A stretch of DNA of 64,000 bases from Eledone cirrhosa (taxonomy: Eukaryota). The stretch spans positions 242,606,001-242,670,000 of the forward strand of contig OZ024742.1 in the NCBI GenBank assembly GCA_964016885.1. Direction: 5' to 3'. Shown here one piece after another: positions 40,946 through 53,650 of this stretch. The position numbers and the translations under genes were made by a program. The stretch's first letter is position 1; every line of letters begins with the position of its first letter. Under the pieces are notes generated by a model. It saw nothing but the letters and a program-made list of their open reading frames with translations. It was not told the DNA's origin and did not search any database.

Positions 40946-42050
40946 TATCCAGCAAAGATTGCAATATAATTGCACCTTTTCAGTTCAATTCTATCATGAA
41001 TAAAAGCATTATAGGATATGACGTTTCCATAATTTTCGGGAGGAACACATAACACGTACATATTTATAATTTTATTTAGCATATATGAAGATATCCACCG
41101 AGAAACATATACATATACACCAGGTCCGAACAAAAAAGAACCAAACTCCCACTGTCGCTGCTTCCATCTCTCTCGCTCTCACCATCTTTCACTATTATGA
41201 GCAAATGGAGCCCCACACGCTAGCCACCCGGCGGCCCCGGTAGACAGAATAGAGAAGGCGTTTCCTCGAAGGATGTTGAGACGTGCTTGAATAGCTAATC
41301 CAGCGCGATTTAATACTTTGAGTCGGGTATTATAAAATGTCTGAAAGCAAATCATATCATATTTTGTAATTTGTTTCCTGATGTAGAATTGAAATTTTGT
41401 CTTCTAGTTCGCTTTAGCTAAATTTGATCTCAGAATTGTTGTACATATATCATCATTTTTGCTAAGGCAACAAATTTTGAAATCTTAGGTGTTAATAAAT
41501 CTGCGTGTTTTAACATATCACTATATTCACAATATTTTTTCATTATTATTTTATTACTTTTTGTTAATTCTATCCTAAATTGTCGGATGGTGAAAGAAAT
41601 TGTGTTATAAACTAACATCAAACGTAAATCTTCCTTTGATATCCACGAAAGATTGTCACGAAATAAAACAAAATTAACAGCCAATAGTCAATATGCAAAA
41701 AAAAAAGAAAAAAAAAAAAACAGAAAAAAGAAAAAAAAAATGAAATACAGCTAAATGCCTTATTTCCCTTTGATTTAAATTTTACACCGGTTTTTCCAAA
41801 CTCATTCTATAACTTAGAAGTTTTAACTGACAAGACAGATGATATTTATTACCGATTCAAAAATAACATTATAGAACCGCAATGGCTTTGACAGACATAA
41901 AATACCTAACAATAGCTCTGCCAAATCCAGCTATTTTTATTTTTAGCTTAGGGATAGTGGCACAATTTACTTATAGTAGATTACTGCGATTTTACGAAGA
42001 CCTAACATGACAGTCTTTTCAATTGTAGGTATTAGTATTCATACTGCTCG

Positions 42051-42051
42051 A

Positions 42052-42113
<62 letters not shown>

Positions 42114-42139
42114 GTTGTTGTTGTTGTTGTTGTTGTTGC

Positions 42140-42214
<75 letters not shown>

Positions 42215-42240
42215 AGTTGTCGTCGTCATCGTCTTCGTCA
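42051..42240. repeat. Compound trinucleotide array (TTA)n(TTG)n(CTG)n(TCG)n
   Basis: Read directly. Confidence 0.95.
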
Positions 42241-42964
42241 TTAATTTTTTGTTATTAATATTATTTATTGATTTATATTTTTCTCCTTTACTTAGTATTT
42301 TCTGTGTGAGATATGATTTCTACGTTGGCTTCGGGTGAGGAAACTTTAGTGAAAAGAATGGCAAGTACTTCTGAAGATTTCACTCAGAATATCTTTTAAG
42401 TGGAAAGGAAACAGATTTTTAGATTGCAATAGCTATTTGTAAGGTTAAAAATATCTCTCTCTTATTTTTTCAGTATACAAGTATTTTTGTCTTTCTGTCT
42501 CTCTGTCAGCATATCTTCTTTAGTAGACCTGCAACGATTCTTATCCATTTTTTTCGGCGTTTATATATTCACCAGTTTGCTTCTCTTCATACGTTTTACA
42601 GTTTTAAAATTCACAAAGGCTTCCTATCTCACAACTCATCATTCTTTCTGTTTTCACGTCGTGTAATGACTTTAATCGAATGCAGTAAGGGAGTAAAATA
42701 TATTAGACATTATAAATATCAATAAAAGATAGAGTTAGTGTAGGAACAAGAACCAATATCTATCGCTTGTTGGGTGCTCACGTTACCGACTATATTTCAT
42801 CTTAAATTAGACTATTTTTTACAATAATTTTATCGGTAATATTTAATCTCTACAAGATAATTCATATTGTATGTTTGTTGCGTTTTTCTGATTTATATTG
42901 CTGCGTATGATACCTAATAGCATTATAATCACTGTAGTTGGCAGTGGAGTTGTAGTATATCGAT

Positions 42965-43165
42965 AGAGGGTCGGACACTCTGCTTTGCAGCATAGAGTTT
43001 CGACCCTTTATAATCTGAGTTGAAATCCCGCCGAGGTTAACTTTGCCTTTCATCCTTACGGGGTCCATAAAATAAAGCACCAGTAACGTACTGGGGTCGA
43101 TTTAATCGACTTACCCCTCCCTTAAAATTGCTGGCCTTGTGCCTATATAAGAAACCATTATAATC
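42965..43165 (+). mobile_element. tRNA-derived SINE
   Basis: Same core as 25628-26470. Confidence 0.85.
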
Positions 43166-43552
43166 ACTGTAGTTATTTAATAGCTTCAAAAATGTTAAAA
43201 CGTAATACTTTTTGTAAAATAGTTTTACTAGATTATTCATATTTTAATCCTACTGAATTCAAAGCATGGTATCTGATGTATTTCCCAATGTCTATCTCAC
43301 TGGTTGATTCTTTCTCTCCTTATCTCCTAAAATACGCGCAACCACACAGACACACGCGCAAATAAATATATAAATATATGCATGCATCCACGCATACACA
43401 CAGACAAACATACATATACACACATTTATACACACACATATGCATACTATCATAACACCTGCTCTATGGACGGAGAAATTTATATGTTTTATGCTTTAAT
43501 TCAATATTCAAATTATTCACGTCAAACTAATGGAACATCGCTTTAGTTTGCC

Positions 43553-43583
<31 letters not shown>

Positions 43584-43616
43584 TGTATGTATGTATGTAT
43601 GTATGTATGTATGTAC

Positions 43617-43708
43617 TAAAAGGTCACACTCGTTCACTGCATCGGTAGGGGTTCTCCTATATGGATATAAAGTAGTGGCCGTACTCGAAAACGAGTTGGC
43701 AGCCACCA
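43617..43708 (+). mobile_element. RTE-like 3' end in (TATG)n
   Basis: Matches 29965-30060. Confidence 0.8.
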
Positions 43709-43779
43709 TGTATGTATGTATGTATGTATGTATGTATGTAGTACTTGTATGTGTGTGTATGTATATATATATATATGTA

Positions 43780-44937
43780 TGCAGAGATGCACTTTGGATA
43801 ATATTTGGAAAAGTAGGATGTCCATCCAGGTTCCAGGTTTGTGAATATGCTAAAGCACATGCAGAGAAATATGAAAGCTCAAGTTACCTTTAATGGTCAA
43901 TTATGTGGGGAAATTCCAATTGACAACGGAGTAAAACACGGTGATAACCCTGTTCTTACGCTTTTCTTCATCTTCTTTGCTGCCTTGCTCAAACATGCTT
44001 TCCATGATTGGGACAAAGGCATTCTCTTACGGTTCAGAACTACCGGAAAGGTTTACAACTTAGGTTTAATGCCAAAACAAATTTCTTCAAAGTTTGATCA
44101 AAGACCTTCTTTTCGGCGACGACGCTGACTTCCTAGCACATACAGCTGACATGCAGCATCTTATGTATTGTTTCCCATCCTCATGTACAGCATTTGGGCT
44201 TACAATCAGCCTCAAAATGACCAAAGTAATGTTTAACCCTGCTCCTGGAGAACGATATACTGAGCCTAATACCATGGTTGGTGGAACCAGGTAGGGAGTA
44301 GCAGATAAATTTGTCGACAAATGATGGCTCCTTGGATGCTGAAATACAACTGCGCTTCCAGAAGGCCTCTGTTGTTTTCAGAAAATTGGAAAAGACATTT
44401 TGGGATAATCGGAACATTACCAACAATACCAAGGTGTGCGTGTATAGATCATGTGTTCTGTCTGCTCTTTTATACTCCCCCGAAACCTGGACGCTATTCC
44501 GTAAACATATCAAATTGTTTGAGCGTTTTCAGCGGAAATGACTAGGGCGCATATCATCAAGTGACAAAACAGAACTCCTGACATCGATATCCTTGTTAAA
44601 GCGGAATGCCCAAGCATTTTGAGTCTCTAGTAACGTCTCAAATGATAGGACATATCGTCCGCATGAAATATAGCAGGATCCCAAAGCAACAGTTTTACGG
44701 TAAGTTCCACCTTGGCAAAATGCTTCAAAATGATGTACAAGGACAGCATTAATAACAACGTCAAAGAGCTGGCATTTGATATAGACAACTGGAAGGAGAT
44801 AGCTCTAAATAGGGCGGAATGGAGAAAGCGCATAATGCGCAACTGCAAAAGGTTTGAAGAATGCCGTCTAGAACATAAACAACTGATGCGTCAGTTGCGG
44901 AAGGGTTATGCTCTCAGTCTTGATAAAGATATCAGTT

Positions 44938-44940
<3 letters not shown>
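43780..44940 (+). mobile_element. RTE-clade LINE RT fragment, decayed
   Basis: GVKHGD, LLFGDDAD, FGLTISLKMTKVM, LLYSPETWTL, NRAEWR. Confidence 0.88.
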
Positions 44941-45010
<70 letters not shown>

Positions 45011-45011
45011 T

Positions 45012-45060
<49 letters not shown>

Positions 45061-45062
<2 letters not shown>

Positions 45063-45266
45063 AACGAGTAGGACCCCGACGGCTGAGCTCAAGCCGTTTC
45101 GATGGCTAATTCTTTTTTTTTTCTTTTTAGTCCAGAATTAGCCGTCGAAAGGGCTTGAGCTCAGCCGTCGGGGTCCTACTAGTTCCTATTACCCACTCTA
45201 CTACCCTAAGTATTGAGTACTTTGGTGCGTTATGATCCATCTGGTTCCTTACCACATTTCCTTCGT

Positions 45267-45268
<2 letters not shown>
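45061..45268 (+). mobile_element. Penelope-like hairpin-plus-tail (family B relative)
   Basis: Inverted arms 45061-45113 and 45134-45187; tail attacccactctactacc shared with 13501. Confidence 0.7.
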
Positions 45269-45309
<41 letters not shown>

Positions 45310-45315
<6 letters not shown>

Positions 45316-46150
45316 CTGAGGAGGATATTAGAGGGAGGTAGAGCAAAGTGCCTTCTTGCAGTCATGGTTTTAATTGACTTTAGGAAGGCCTTTGATTCTG
45401 TGGACCGTCACTGCCTGATGATCTTACAGGCTTATGGAATCCCCAAGAGGATAGTGGACTTGATATCACTGCTCTACACCAACACCAAAGCCCAAGCCAT
45501 TACACCTGATAGGATGACAGAGTTTTTTGAGATACTGGCTGGAGTGCTCCATGGAGATACATTGGCTCCCTACCTTTTTATCATCGTATGTGCCTCGCGC
45601 TGGAGAAACACCAGGACTCTGGCTTTACTGTAACACCGGCTCAGAGTAGGAGAGTTAAGGCGAAAAAGATATCGGATGCTGAACTTGCCGACGACATAGT
45701 TCTGGTGACAAACACAGTGAAGGAGGCAGAGGATTTGATGCAGGAGGTGGAGACTGTGTCGATGAGTGTGGGGCTGAGAATGAGTGAGATTAAGACGAAG
45801 TATCTGGTAGAGAATATTAAGAAGCCAGAGAAGATTACTAATGTAGGCGGAAAGCCGCTAGAATTGGTTGAGGACTTCCTGTATTTGGTAGCAAAGATTG
45901 GAAATACGGAAGATGATGTGGTCGAGACGAAGAGCAAAGCCTGGGTGGCGTGCCACAGCTTGAGATCGGTGTGGAAGTCGGACCTTCATAAAGACCTGAA
46001 GATCCGTCTCTTCGTTGCTACGGTGGAGTCTGTGCTGCTGTACGGGTCAGAGACTTGGACACTGACCAAGAAACTCACTCAGATGGTGGATGGGTGCTAC
46101 ACGAGAATGCTGAGGATAGCTCTGAACATTAATCAGTATACACTGAGGAT
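45310..46150 (+). mobile_element. RTE/RTEX-like LINE RT fragment
   Basis: IDFRKAFDSV, GVLHGDTLAPYLF, ELADD, LLYGSETWTLT. Confidence 0.88.
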
Positions 46151-46173
46151 ATATATAGATATACATACAAACA

Positions 46174-46245
<72 letters not shown>

Positions 46246-46590
46246 GGAGGTGAGTTTTATTGTAGTACAATAAAGCAATGCAGATATCGGATAAGAAGCA
46301 CTCTACAGTTTGTAGGACTGGAGTATACATAATATATAAGATCAAAAGATGGTTAAAAGAGATGGTTAATCTGTACCTTTTCTCACTGTGCCTAACATAG
46401 AAACAATTATTACACAATACACTATATTCTTACTTTATATCACCTTGAAAAAATCCTTCGTAAACATAAACACATTTTTTTGACGTTAGATTATTCATCC
46501 TCAATTCATTATTTTTTTCTCCCTTTCATCTAACTTATTCATGCTCATCTCACAATATATCCTTACTTACATTACTTTTGTTTTTTTAAT

Positions 46591-47062
46591 AATACATATC
46601 AACATTTTCTTTCCATCGCACATATTATTAAACCCTTAAATATTATTCTTAATACATATTAACATTTTCTTTCCATCGCACATATTATTAAACCCTTAAA
46701 TATTATTCTTAATACATATTAACATTTTCTTTCCATCGCACATATTATTAAACCCTTAAATATTATTCTTAATACATATTAACATTTTCTTTCCATCGCA
46801 CATATTATTAAACCCTTAAATATTATTCTTAATACATATTAACATTTTCTTTCCATCGCACATATTATTAAACCCTTAAATATTATTCTTAATACATATT
46901 AACATTTTCTTTCCATCGCACATATTATTAAACCCTTAAATATTATTCTTAATACATATTAACATTTTCTTTCCATCGCACATATTATTAAACCCTTAAA
47001 TATTATTCTTAATACATATTAACATTTTCTTTTCATCGCACATATTATTAAACCCTTCAATA
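46591..47062. repeat. 60-bp minisatellite, ~7.9 nearly identical copies
   Basis: Unit aatacatattaacattttctttccatcgcacatattattaaacccttaaatattattctt. Confidence 0.97.
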
Positions 47063-47422
47063 TACAAACCTTAACTTTACATTATTTTTCTCTTCGTTAA
47101 TTTTCAAATTCTTTTAATTTATACATTATCTTCCAACGGTTTTTCAACCTCTCTATGTAAAACAATATATTTTTCTCAGTTATAAAAGCTATCTCTCTCT
47201 CTCTCTCTCTCTATCACCCATCTCTCCTCCTCTCTCATCCTTCCTCATTATACTCCTCCCCCTCCACTTTTTACTCTCATCTCCTCCTCTTTTTCATCCT
47301 TTCCAACCCCCCCCCCTAAAAAAATGTTTTCCCAATATCACACATCAATCTAAAACTACTTTTCATATGTTGATTTAAAACTGCACTATTCACAAGTGTT
47401 TTTTAACCTTCATATGTCTTCC

Positions 47423-47493
47423 TATTTTATCTGATGAAAACACAAATATTATTGCATGATGATATTTGTTTTTGAAATGCGCATAATAAAATA
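47423..47493 (+). ncRNA. Type I hammerhead
   Basis: TATTTTAT-CTGATGA-AAACACAAATATTA..TGATATTTGTTTTT-GAAA-TGCGCA-TA-ATAAAATA: perfect 8-bp stem I and palindromic ATGCGCAT. Confidence 0.85.
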
Positions 47494-47682
47494 CATGGAA
47501 CTCTTTTAACCATCTTTTGATCTTATATATTATATATATATATGTATATATGTATATATATATAAGTTTATCTCAGGTTCAATCGGGGCTAACCACAGTA
47601 AGGTACTCAATACATAGCAGAGTAAAAATATTTAATAAAGAAATGGCTTCTACTGGACTACAACTGTTTCATTCAGGAGAAG

Positions 47683-47773
<91 letters not shown>

Positions 47774-47849
47774 CTCTTTTACTCTTTTACCTGTTTCAGC
47801 CATCCGGCTGAGGCCATGCTGGGGCACCGCCCTTGTTATATAAATATAT

Positions 47850-48185
47850 ATATAGTAACAATAATAAATGTTAAGACTAAAATCCAAAGAGGGCTCGATA
47901 AGGATAAATATATATTAAATATATAAGAACCCTAGAGCAAATATTTATTAAAATAACATATTAAACTTTAAGCGAAGAATCGCTGCTTTCACCCTTAACG
48001 AGATCTTCTGAAACTAAAAAAATCAATCTGTGAACGCAGAAGTAAATATTTCGAAAACGGAAGGAAAACAGGAAGACGATACTTTGGTTCGTGAAGACGT
48101 TCCCTGGCAATGAACGGAAACAAGCGAAGATAATACGTCGTTATGTGGAACGAGAGAGCAATTACACGCAAAAACAAAACCACGT
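47850..48185 (-). mobile_element. Family A Penelope-like fragment with a CAGAAGA HHR-like motif (~47965-48014)
   Basis: Reverse-complement match to 24545-24875. Confidence 0.7.
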
Positions 48186-48200
48186 GAGAAATCATCAGGA

Positions 48201-48250
48201 AGCTCCTGATGATTTCTCACGAATGAAACAGTTCTAGTCCTGTAGAAGCT
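48201..48250 (+). ncRNA. Type I hammerhead with a looped stem III
   Basis: AGCTC-CTGATGA-TTTC(TCAC)GAAT-GAAA-CAG(TTCTAGTC)CTG-TA-GAAGCT. A related 3' half lies on the minus strand at 47563-47684. Confidence 0.65.
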
Positions 48251-48331
48251 CTTCTATATTAAAACATTTATACTCTGCTTTGTATTGAGCACCTTACTTA
48301 CTGTGGTTACCTCCGATTCAACCCGGAATAA

Positions 48332-48404
<73 letters not shown>

Positions 48405-49324
48405 ATACTTTGGGAGGGTCATGTATATATATATATGGTGTATATATATATATGTATATGTATATGGTGTAGGTAGAACAATTGAAACACTCAGTGTCGG
48501 AACTGTCGGAGCTGGCTGAGGTCCAACACACACATATACATACACACACTCGTATTTTCAGTATCATATCTCTTTCACTTACTTTACGCTCGCCTTCTCG
48601 TTCTCGTTTCAATTTTTCCACAATGTATTTTTCTTTCAATTTTCCCCTCTCTCATCGATTATCTTCAACGTGTAACTACGTACGTCAAAAACGTAACATT
48701 CTCACTTTCTGTCTATTCTTCTGATTACATTAATAGAAGGTTTAGTATTATAAACGTGTTCGGCTAAGGACATTTTCCATCTATCACTATTTTCTATATT
48801 GATTCATAAAATTAAATGCATGGGTTATTACTCTGACTGTGAATGTAAAGAGCTAGATACATGTATATTTTGTACTAATTTATACAATGCAACATGATCG
48901 TTCATAACAGACATGAAATATATTATATGTTTCGAAAGAAGTTTGGAGGAAAACGTAGTTTCAGGTATTTTGGGAGACAATAATATTTACTTTGTACTCA
49001 TTGTTGATATAGAATGTACACAAGTTCACATTTATATAGGACCTTTACTAAAATTCTATATCAATGTTCAATGTGTATTATGTTTTAATTGTTGTGGTAT
49101 ACATACAATATATGCCATCATTTACTGCGAAATATCTTTAGTTTCAATTTAATTCTACTCTGATTCCACTTTAGCTGGAACAGTACATTCTGATATGTAT
49201 TGAGAATATATTTTTTACTAAATATGATGAAAGGAACACGTCCTACATTATATAATAAAATACTGGTTTATGGGCAATAATGACTTTTCGAGGCGTTAAA
49301 GTGTTATCTCATTTTTGTTTTCAT

Positions 49325-49525
49325 TAGCAGTATCAGTAAAGTGTCGGACAACATGATTTGTCGCATATAGTTACGGCCTTTTACGTTCTGAGTTCAAATC
49401 CCGCCGAGGTTAGCTTTGCCTGTCATCCTTACGGGGTCGATAAAATAAAGTACTGCAATCAATATAAATGACTTTCCTCTACCCGAACAATTGTTAGCCT
49501 TGTGTTAAATCAGAAACCATTATTG
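49325..49525 (+). mobile_element. tRNA-derived SINE
   Basis: gagttcaaatcccgccgaggttagctttgcc..ggggtcgataaaataaagtac. Confidence 0.85.
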
Positions 49526-49879
49526 GAAATATTCCTACTGATTTTATTAATGAAACTTTTGCCCTAAACTACAATTTAATCTCATATTTATAATATTGCT
49601 TCTAAATTTAATGAATCAAGTACAAAACTGAATCATTATTTGAATTAAGATAATATTTAAAATTGAATTCTTACATATATGAATGCATGTACATATGTGC
49701 GGATGTGAAGGGCATCTGGTGATGTATACATAGATCTGTATATGTATTTTTGTGCAGAATGCAGTCGGTTTTTTTTCACCCAATATATATCCCCCCTCAC
49801 ATTTTCCTCCCATTACTCCCCATTACTCTCCTTTGCACCATCTCTTCCCCCTCTCTCTCTTTCTATATATATATATACA

Positions 49880-51250
49880 TACACATTCGGTATACAAGAA
49901 TGCAATCCACTTCTAGCACTCAATGTCATATTACTATAAAACAAGGATGACGGAGTATATTAATAAATAGGGAAATGCAAAGTTGAAGATGTTAGGGTCC
50001 TTTATTAATTGAGCCGTTATACATATTTCAATGACGATAGATATCGTGATTTCTTCAGACAACAAAAATTGATTAATAGGTAACATTTCCGAGGCAATAT
50101 AGAGAGTCATATATATATAAATGTAAAAAAGAATTATAGAGAGTGAATGTGAGGAAATGCAGGAAAAAAACGCAGAAAAAAAATATCTCTGTAATTCTTT
50201 TTTACATTTATATGACATTTATATGATTCTCTATAACTGGCCCTCACTCAAACATTTATCACGGATTTTTATTTCCATTTTTTTCCTGCATTTCCTCTCA
50301 TTAATTCTTTTTTTTACCTTTTTTTACTTTTATAAATATATATTTTTTCCTTTATTCTCTTTATAATCCCATTTTTCCCGTTCATCCTTACTCATTTGTA
50401 CCTTTTCTTACATTTTTCCTTAAATCATTAATGTATCATTTGTCTCCACCAGATTGACCAGATACCAACTACTGGATTATTTATTTCTTACATTCGTTAC
50501 ATTAGATACTTTAAATATTGCCTGCCATCCTCGACAAGAGGCCAGTTTCTTCCATGGGCGGTCATAAGAAGTTAATATCCAACTCTGAACCCAATCTCTT
50601 ATACGAATATACACTTTGCCAGTTAGATTTTATTCTTATCATATTGACTGTTGTCCAGTTTCCCTGACTTCTAAATTTTAACTCTTAACGTCTGAATTCT
50701 AAAAAATATATTTTTTTTTTTTGGGGGGGGGGGGTTCGGGTTGTGAAACCTTTAATATTTTCTATAAGTTATATTAACCATAGCAGTAGGTAACTTTCCC
50801 AATTTGGGGTTGATGGTCTGTATATTATCCAGCGGGTTTGAATGCACTAAATTCTGCTGGCCACCAAAGCTAGTAGTGAATACATTTTGGCTCGTCTGAA
50901 CTCCCATTCACCTTATAGAGTTGTCGACCGAGGTGGTGGGGGACTGGTAGATGGAGAGAACAAATAAGGTTGGTGGTATTCTTGGTTGTAGTTGAGTGGT
51001 CAGCCACACACATATAATTAAGCAAGGTTGTCGGGGTATCCTGAAAATGTACAAGGGAGCGGGTACTCAAAGCAAAAAAATACACATTTTTTTTAGTCCG
51101 CTCCCTTCCACCCAAAATTGCTTCGGAAATGTTACCTTTTAATCAATGTTTGGTCTCTGAAGAAGTTACGATATCTATCGTCATTGAAATATGTATAACG
51201 GCTCAATTAATAAAAGACACTAACATCTTCAACTTCGTATTTTCCTCTTT
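49880..51250. mobile_element. Penelope-like element with ~130-bp diverged inverted termini, each carrying an HHR
   Basis: 49966-50098 is inverted relative to 51117-51250. Confidence 0.72.
50014..50062 (-). ncRNA. Type I hammerhead; degenerate partner at 51153-51201 (+)
   Basis: TTGT-CTGAAGA-AATCACGATA(TC)TATCGTCATT-GAAA-TATGTA-TA-ACGG. Confidence 0.68.
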
Positions 51251-51314
51251 ATATATATATATAAAATAAAATAAAATAAATAAGTCAAATATTTAAAATT
51301 TGGCATCGTTTATT

Positions 51315-51369
51315 ACTGCTATATATATTTCGGTGACAGCCATCTTTGGCTGTGACCTCTTCAGGCAGT
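51315..51369 (-). ncRNA. Type I hammerhead (mirror copy)
   Basis: Reverse complement of 51840-51894. Confidence 0.88.
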
Positions 51370-51839
51370 CCGAATTTGTGTGGAAGAGAGGAGTTCACAT
51401 GTTGTTGAGGTGTTTAACTTTGTCAATACTCTGATATGCCCAGTTCCTGGTTGGGTCGTTATTTCACTGAGGAACTGGAATCATATGAATTTAAACAAAC
51501 GAATTTCAGCGTCAAAGAAGATCTTCTCCTCCCATTGGTCAGTTGTGAGAACATTCCTCAGTCAAAAGTCTATAGAAATTCGTTCTGAGGCGAGGCAATC
51601 TGTAGTGGTTGTTCTTGTTATTGTTAAGTACATCTGACCTCTACTCTTATGTTGGTAGTGGTGTTGGTGTTGGAGTCAGCTAAAAAAAATGATAAAGTGG
51701 TAGAAGGAATAAGATGGTAAAAGAACAAAATAAAATAAGATAATCAAATAAAATCTGTGTGTGTTATACCCAATCTCAATGTTAGAAAGATTTGTAAGGT
51801 CACTCCTCCCATTGGTCACAACTGACCAGTAAACTTCGG

Positions 51840-51894
51840 ACTGCCTGAAGAGGTCACAGCCAAAGATGGCTGTCACCGAAATATATATAGCAGT
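51840..51894 (+). ncRNA. Type I hammerhead with a canonical core
   Basis: ACTGC-CTGAAGA-GGTCACAGCCA(AAGA)TGGCTGTCACC-GAAA-TATATA-TA-GCAGT. Confidence 0.9.
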
Positions 51895-52117
51895 AATAAA
51901 CGAAGCCAAATTTTAAATATTTGACTTATTTATTTTAGTTTATTTTACATTACTCCGGAGTAACCAAACCAACCTGCGCACTTCGTCGAGTGCTCCAATC
52001 TGCATACTCAGGTGTTGGTAGACAACCATTATATATATATATATATATATATTAGAAAGTGAGTTTTTTGGGGTTTTTTAAATGAAAAATAACTGAGGTG
52101 TCCTACACGAGTGAAAG

Positions 52118-52405
52118 TATAAAGAAAAAAAGATGAAATCGAAAATGCAACTGGAGTCTTATTTTTAAAAAATATATATATATTTATTTGGTTCCCTTAC
52201 CGGTTTCGCAGTTCTTCAAAAGTAGAGTTGAGATGGAAGGTCTGTGGTTTTTCTCACATGTGAGTAAAACCACAGACCCTCCATCTCAACTCTACTTTTG
52301 AAAAGCAGAAGAATTACGAAACCGGTAAAGGAACCAAATAAATATATATATTTTTTTTAAATAAGACTTCAGTTGCATTTTCGATTTCATCTTATTTTCT
52401 TTATA
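52118..52405. mobile_element. ~140-bp-arm palindrome with degenerate HHRs
   Basis: Centre ctcacatgtgag at ~52253-52264. Right arm reads CTT-TTGAAAA-GCAGAAGAATTAC-GAAA-CCGG-TA-AAG. Confidence 0.7.
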
Positions 52406-52657
52406 TATATATATATATAATATTAAGGATACTATTTATAGTTATGTATATTATAAACTTTTTATAGTTATGTATATTTTAAACTATAAACAGGGAATGT
52501 CAGTAATGTATTACTACCTTATTACCAGTAAGATAAATATCTCAATGTAATAACATCAGTTGTTCTACAGAGCAGTTATATAGAATTCACAAGAATCAAA
52601 ACTATGAACATAATGCTATGAACTAAATGCTTTGAACATAGCTTTGATTCTTGTGAA

Positions 52658-52747
<90 letters not shown>

Positions 52748-52749
52748 TG

Positions 52750-52804
<55 letters not shown>

Positions 52805-52947
52805 AAACGAACACACTCTGCTCTGTAAGAACATAGAGTGCTCAACCGGCATACCGCCTATGGAAGCATCTTAGCTACCATCAGACACACACATATATAT
52901 ATATACGATATATTAACAAATGGAAACTATATTTTTAAAACCATATT

Positions 52948-53012
52948 TATTTCATTATACATATTTCAAGGACACCAAGTTAAATTATGGTGTGCTTTCA
53001 TCAGATAAAATA
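52948..53012 (-). ncRNA. Type I hammerhead, same family as 37682
   Basis: TATTTTAT-CTGATGA-AAGCACACCA..TGGTGTCCTT-GAAA-TATGTA-TA-ATGAAATA. Confidence 0.82.
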
Positions 53013-53577
53013 TAATATAGATCAGTTTTATAAATAAATATTGACATACCCTTAAAGAATGCGACCATTTCTGTTGGAAGCTCCCGGATTGTGGGGTTAT
53101 TAAATTTATTTAGTCTATTATGCAAATTAGTATCGGATATGTTTAAATCACATTAGATTTAAAATAAGCCGTTGAAGTATGGAGAAAAGGGAAAGAAAAG
53201 AAAAAGAGAAAAAAAGAGAAAAAGAGAAAAAAGAGAAAAAAGAGCAAACTCTAAGAGGACAATAAGAAAACAAGAGAAAGAGAAAGAGAAAGAGAAAGAG
53301 AAAAGAGAAAGAGAAAGCCCTAAGTGAGACGTTTTTGTATTAGCGTAACTTTTAAGATGAAGTGAAAAAATAAATATTTATTGGATGAGTAATATTTCTG
53401 AAGACAGCATATATATGTGTAGGTATGTATATTCCCTCTGATAGTTTGTAAAATGTTTACATAGATCTATATGATATACATACCAACACACACATATATA
53501 TCCTAGAAACGATCGTAAAATGATGAATTTTTTAATATAAGGAACTGTTTCTTTGTTTTTATTCATTGTTTTTATTA

Positions 53578-53650
<73 letters not shown>

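Larger units (their letters stand above)
46243..47540. mobile_element. Penelope-like non-coding element with short inverted termini, an internal 60-bp array and an HHR
   Basis: 46325-46361 is inverted relative to 47501-47537; HHR at 47423; flanked by (TA)n. Confidence 0.7.
51258..52030. mobile_element. Penelope-like element with ~110-bp inverted termini and a 3' tail
   Basis: 51262-51374 is inverted relative to 51835-51947; flanked by (TA)n. Confidence 0.78.

Noticed and set aside
40121-42258. Poly-Ser/Arg and poly-Leu/Thr ORFs
   Set aside because: They are trinucleotide microsatellites.
46591-47062. CRISPR-like periodicity
   Set aside because: The units are identical with no unique spacers, and the context is eukaryotic.
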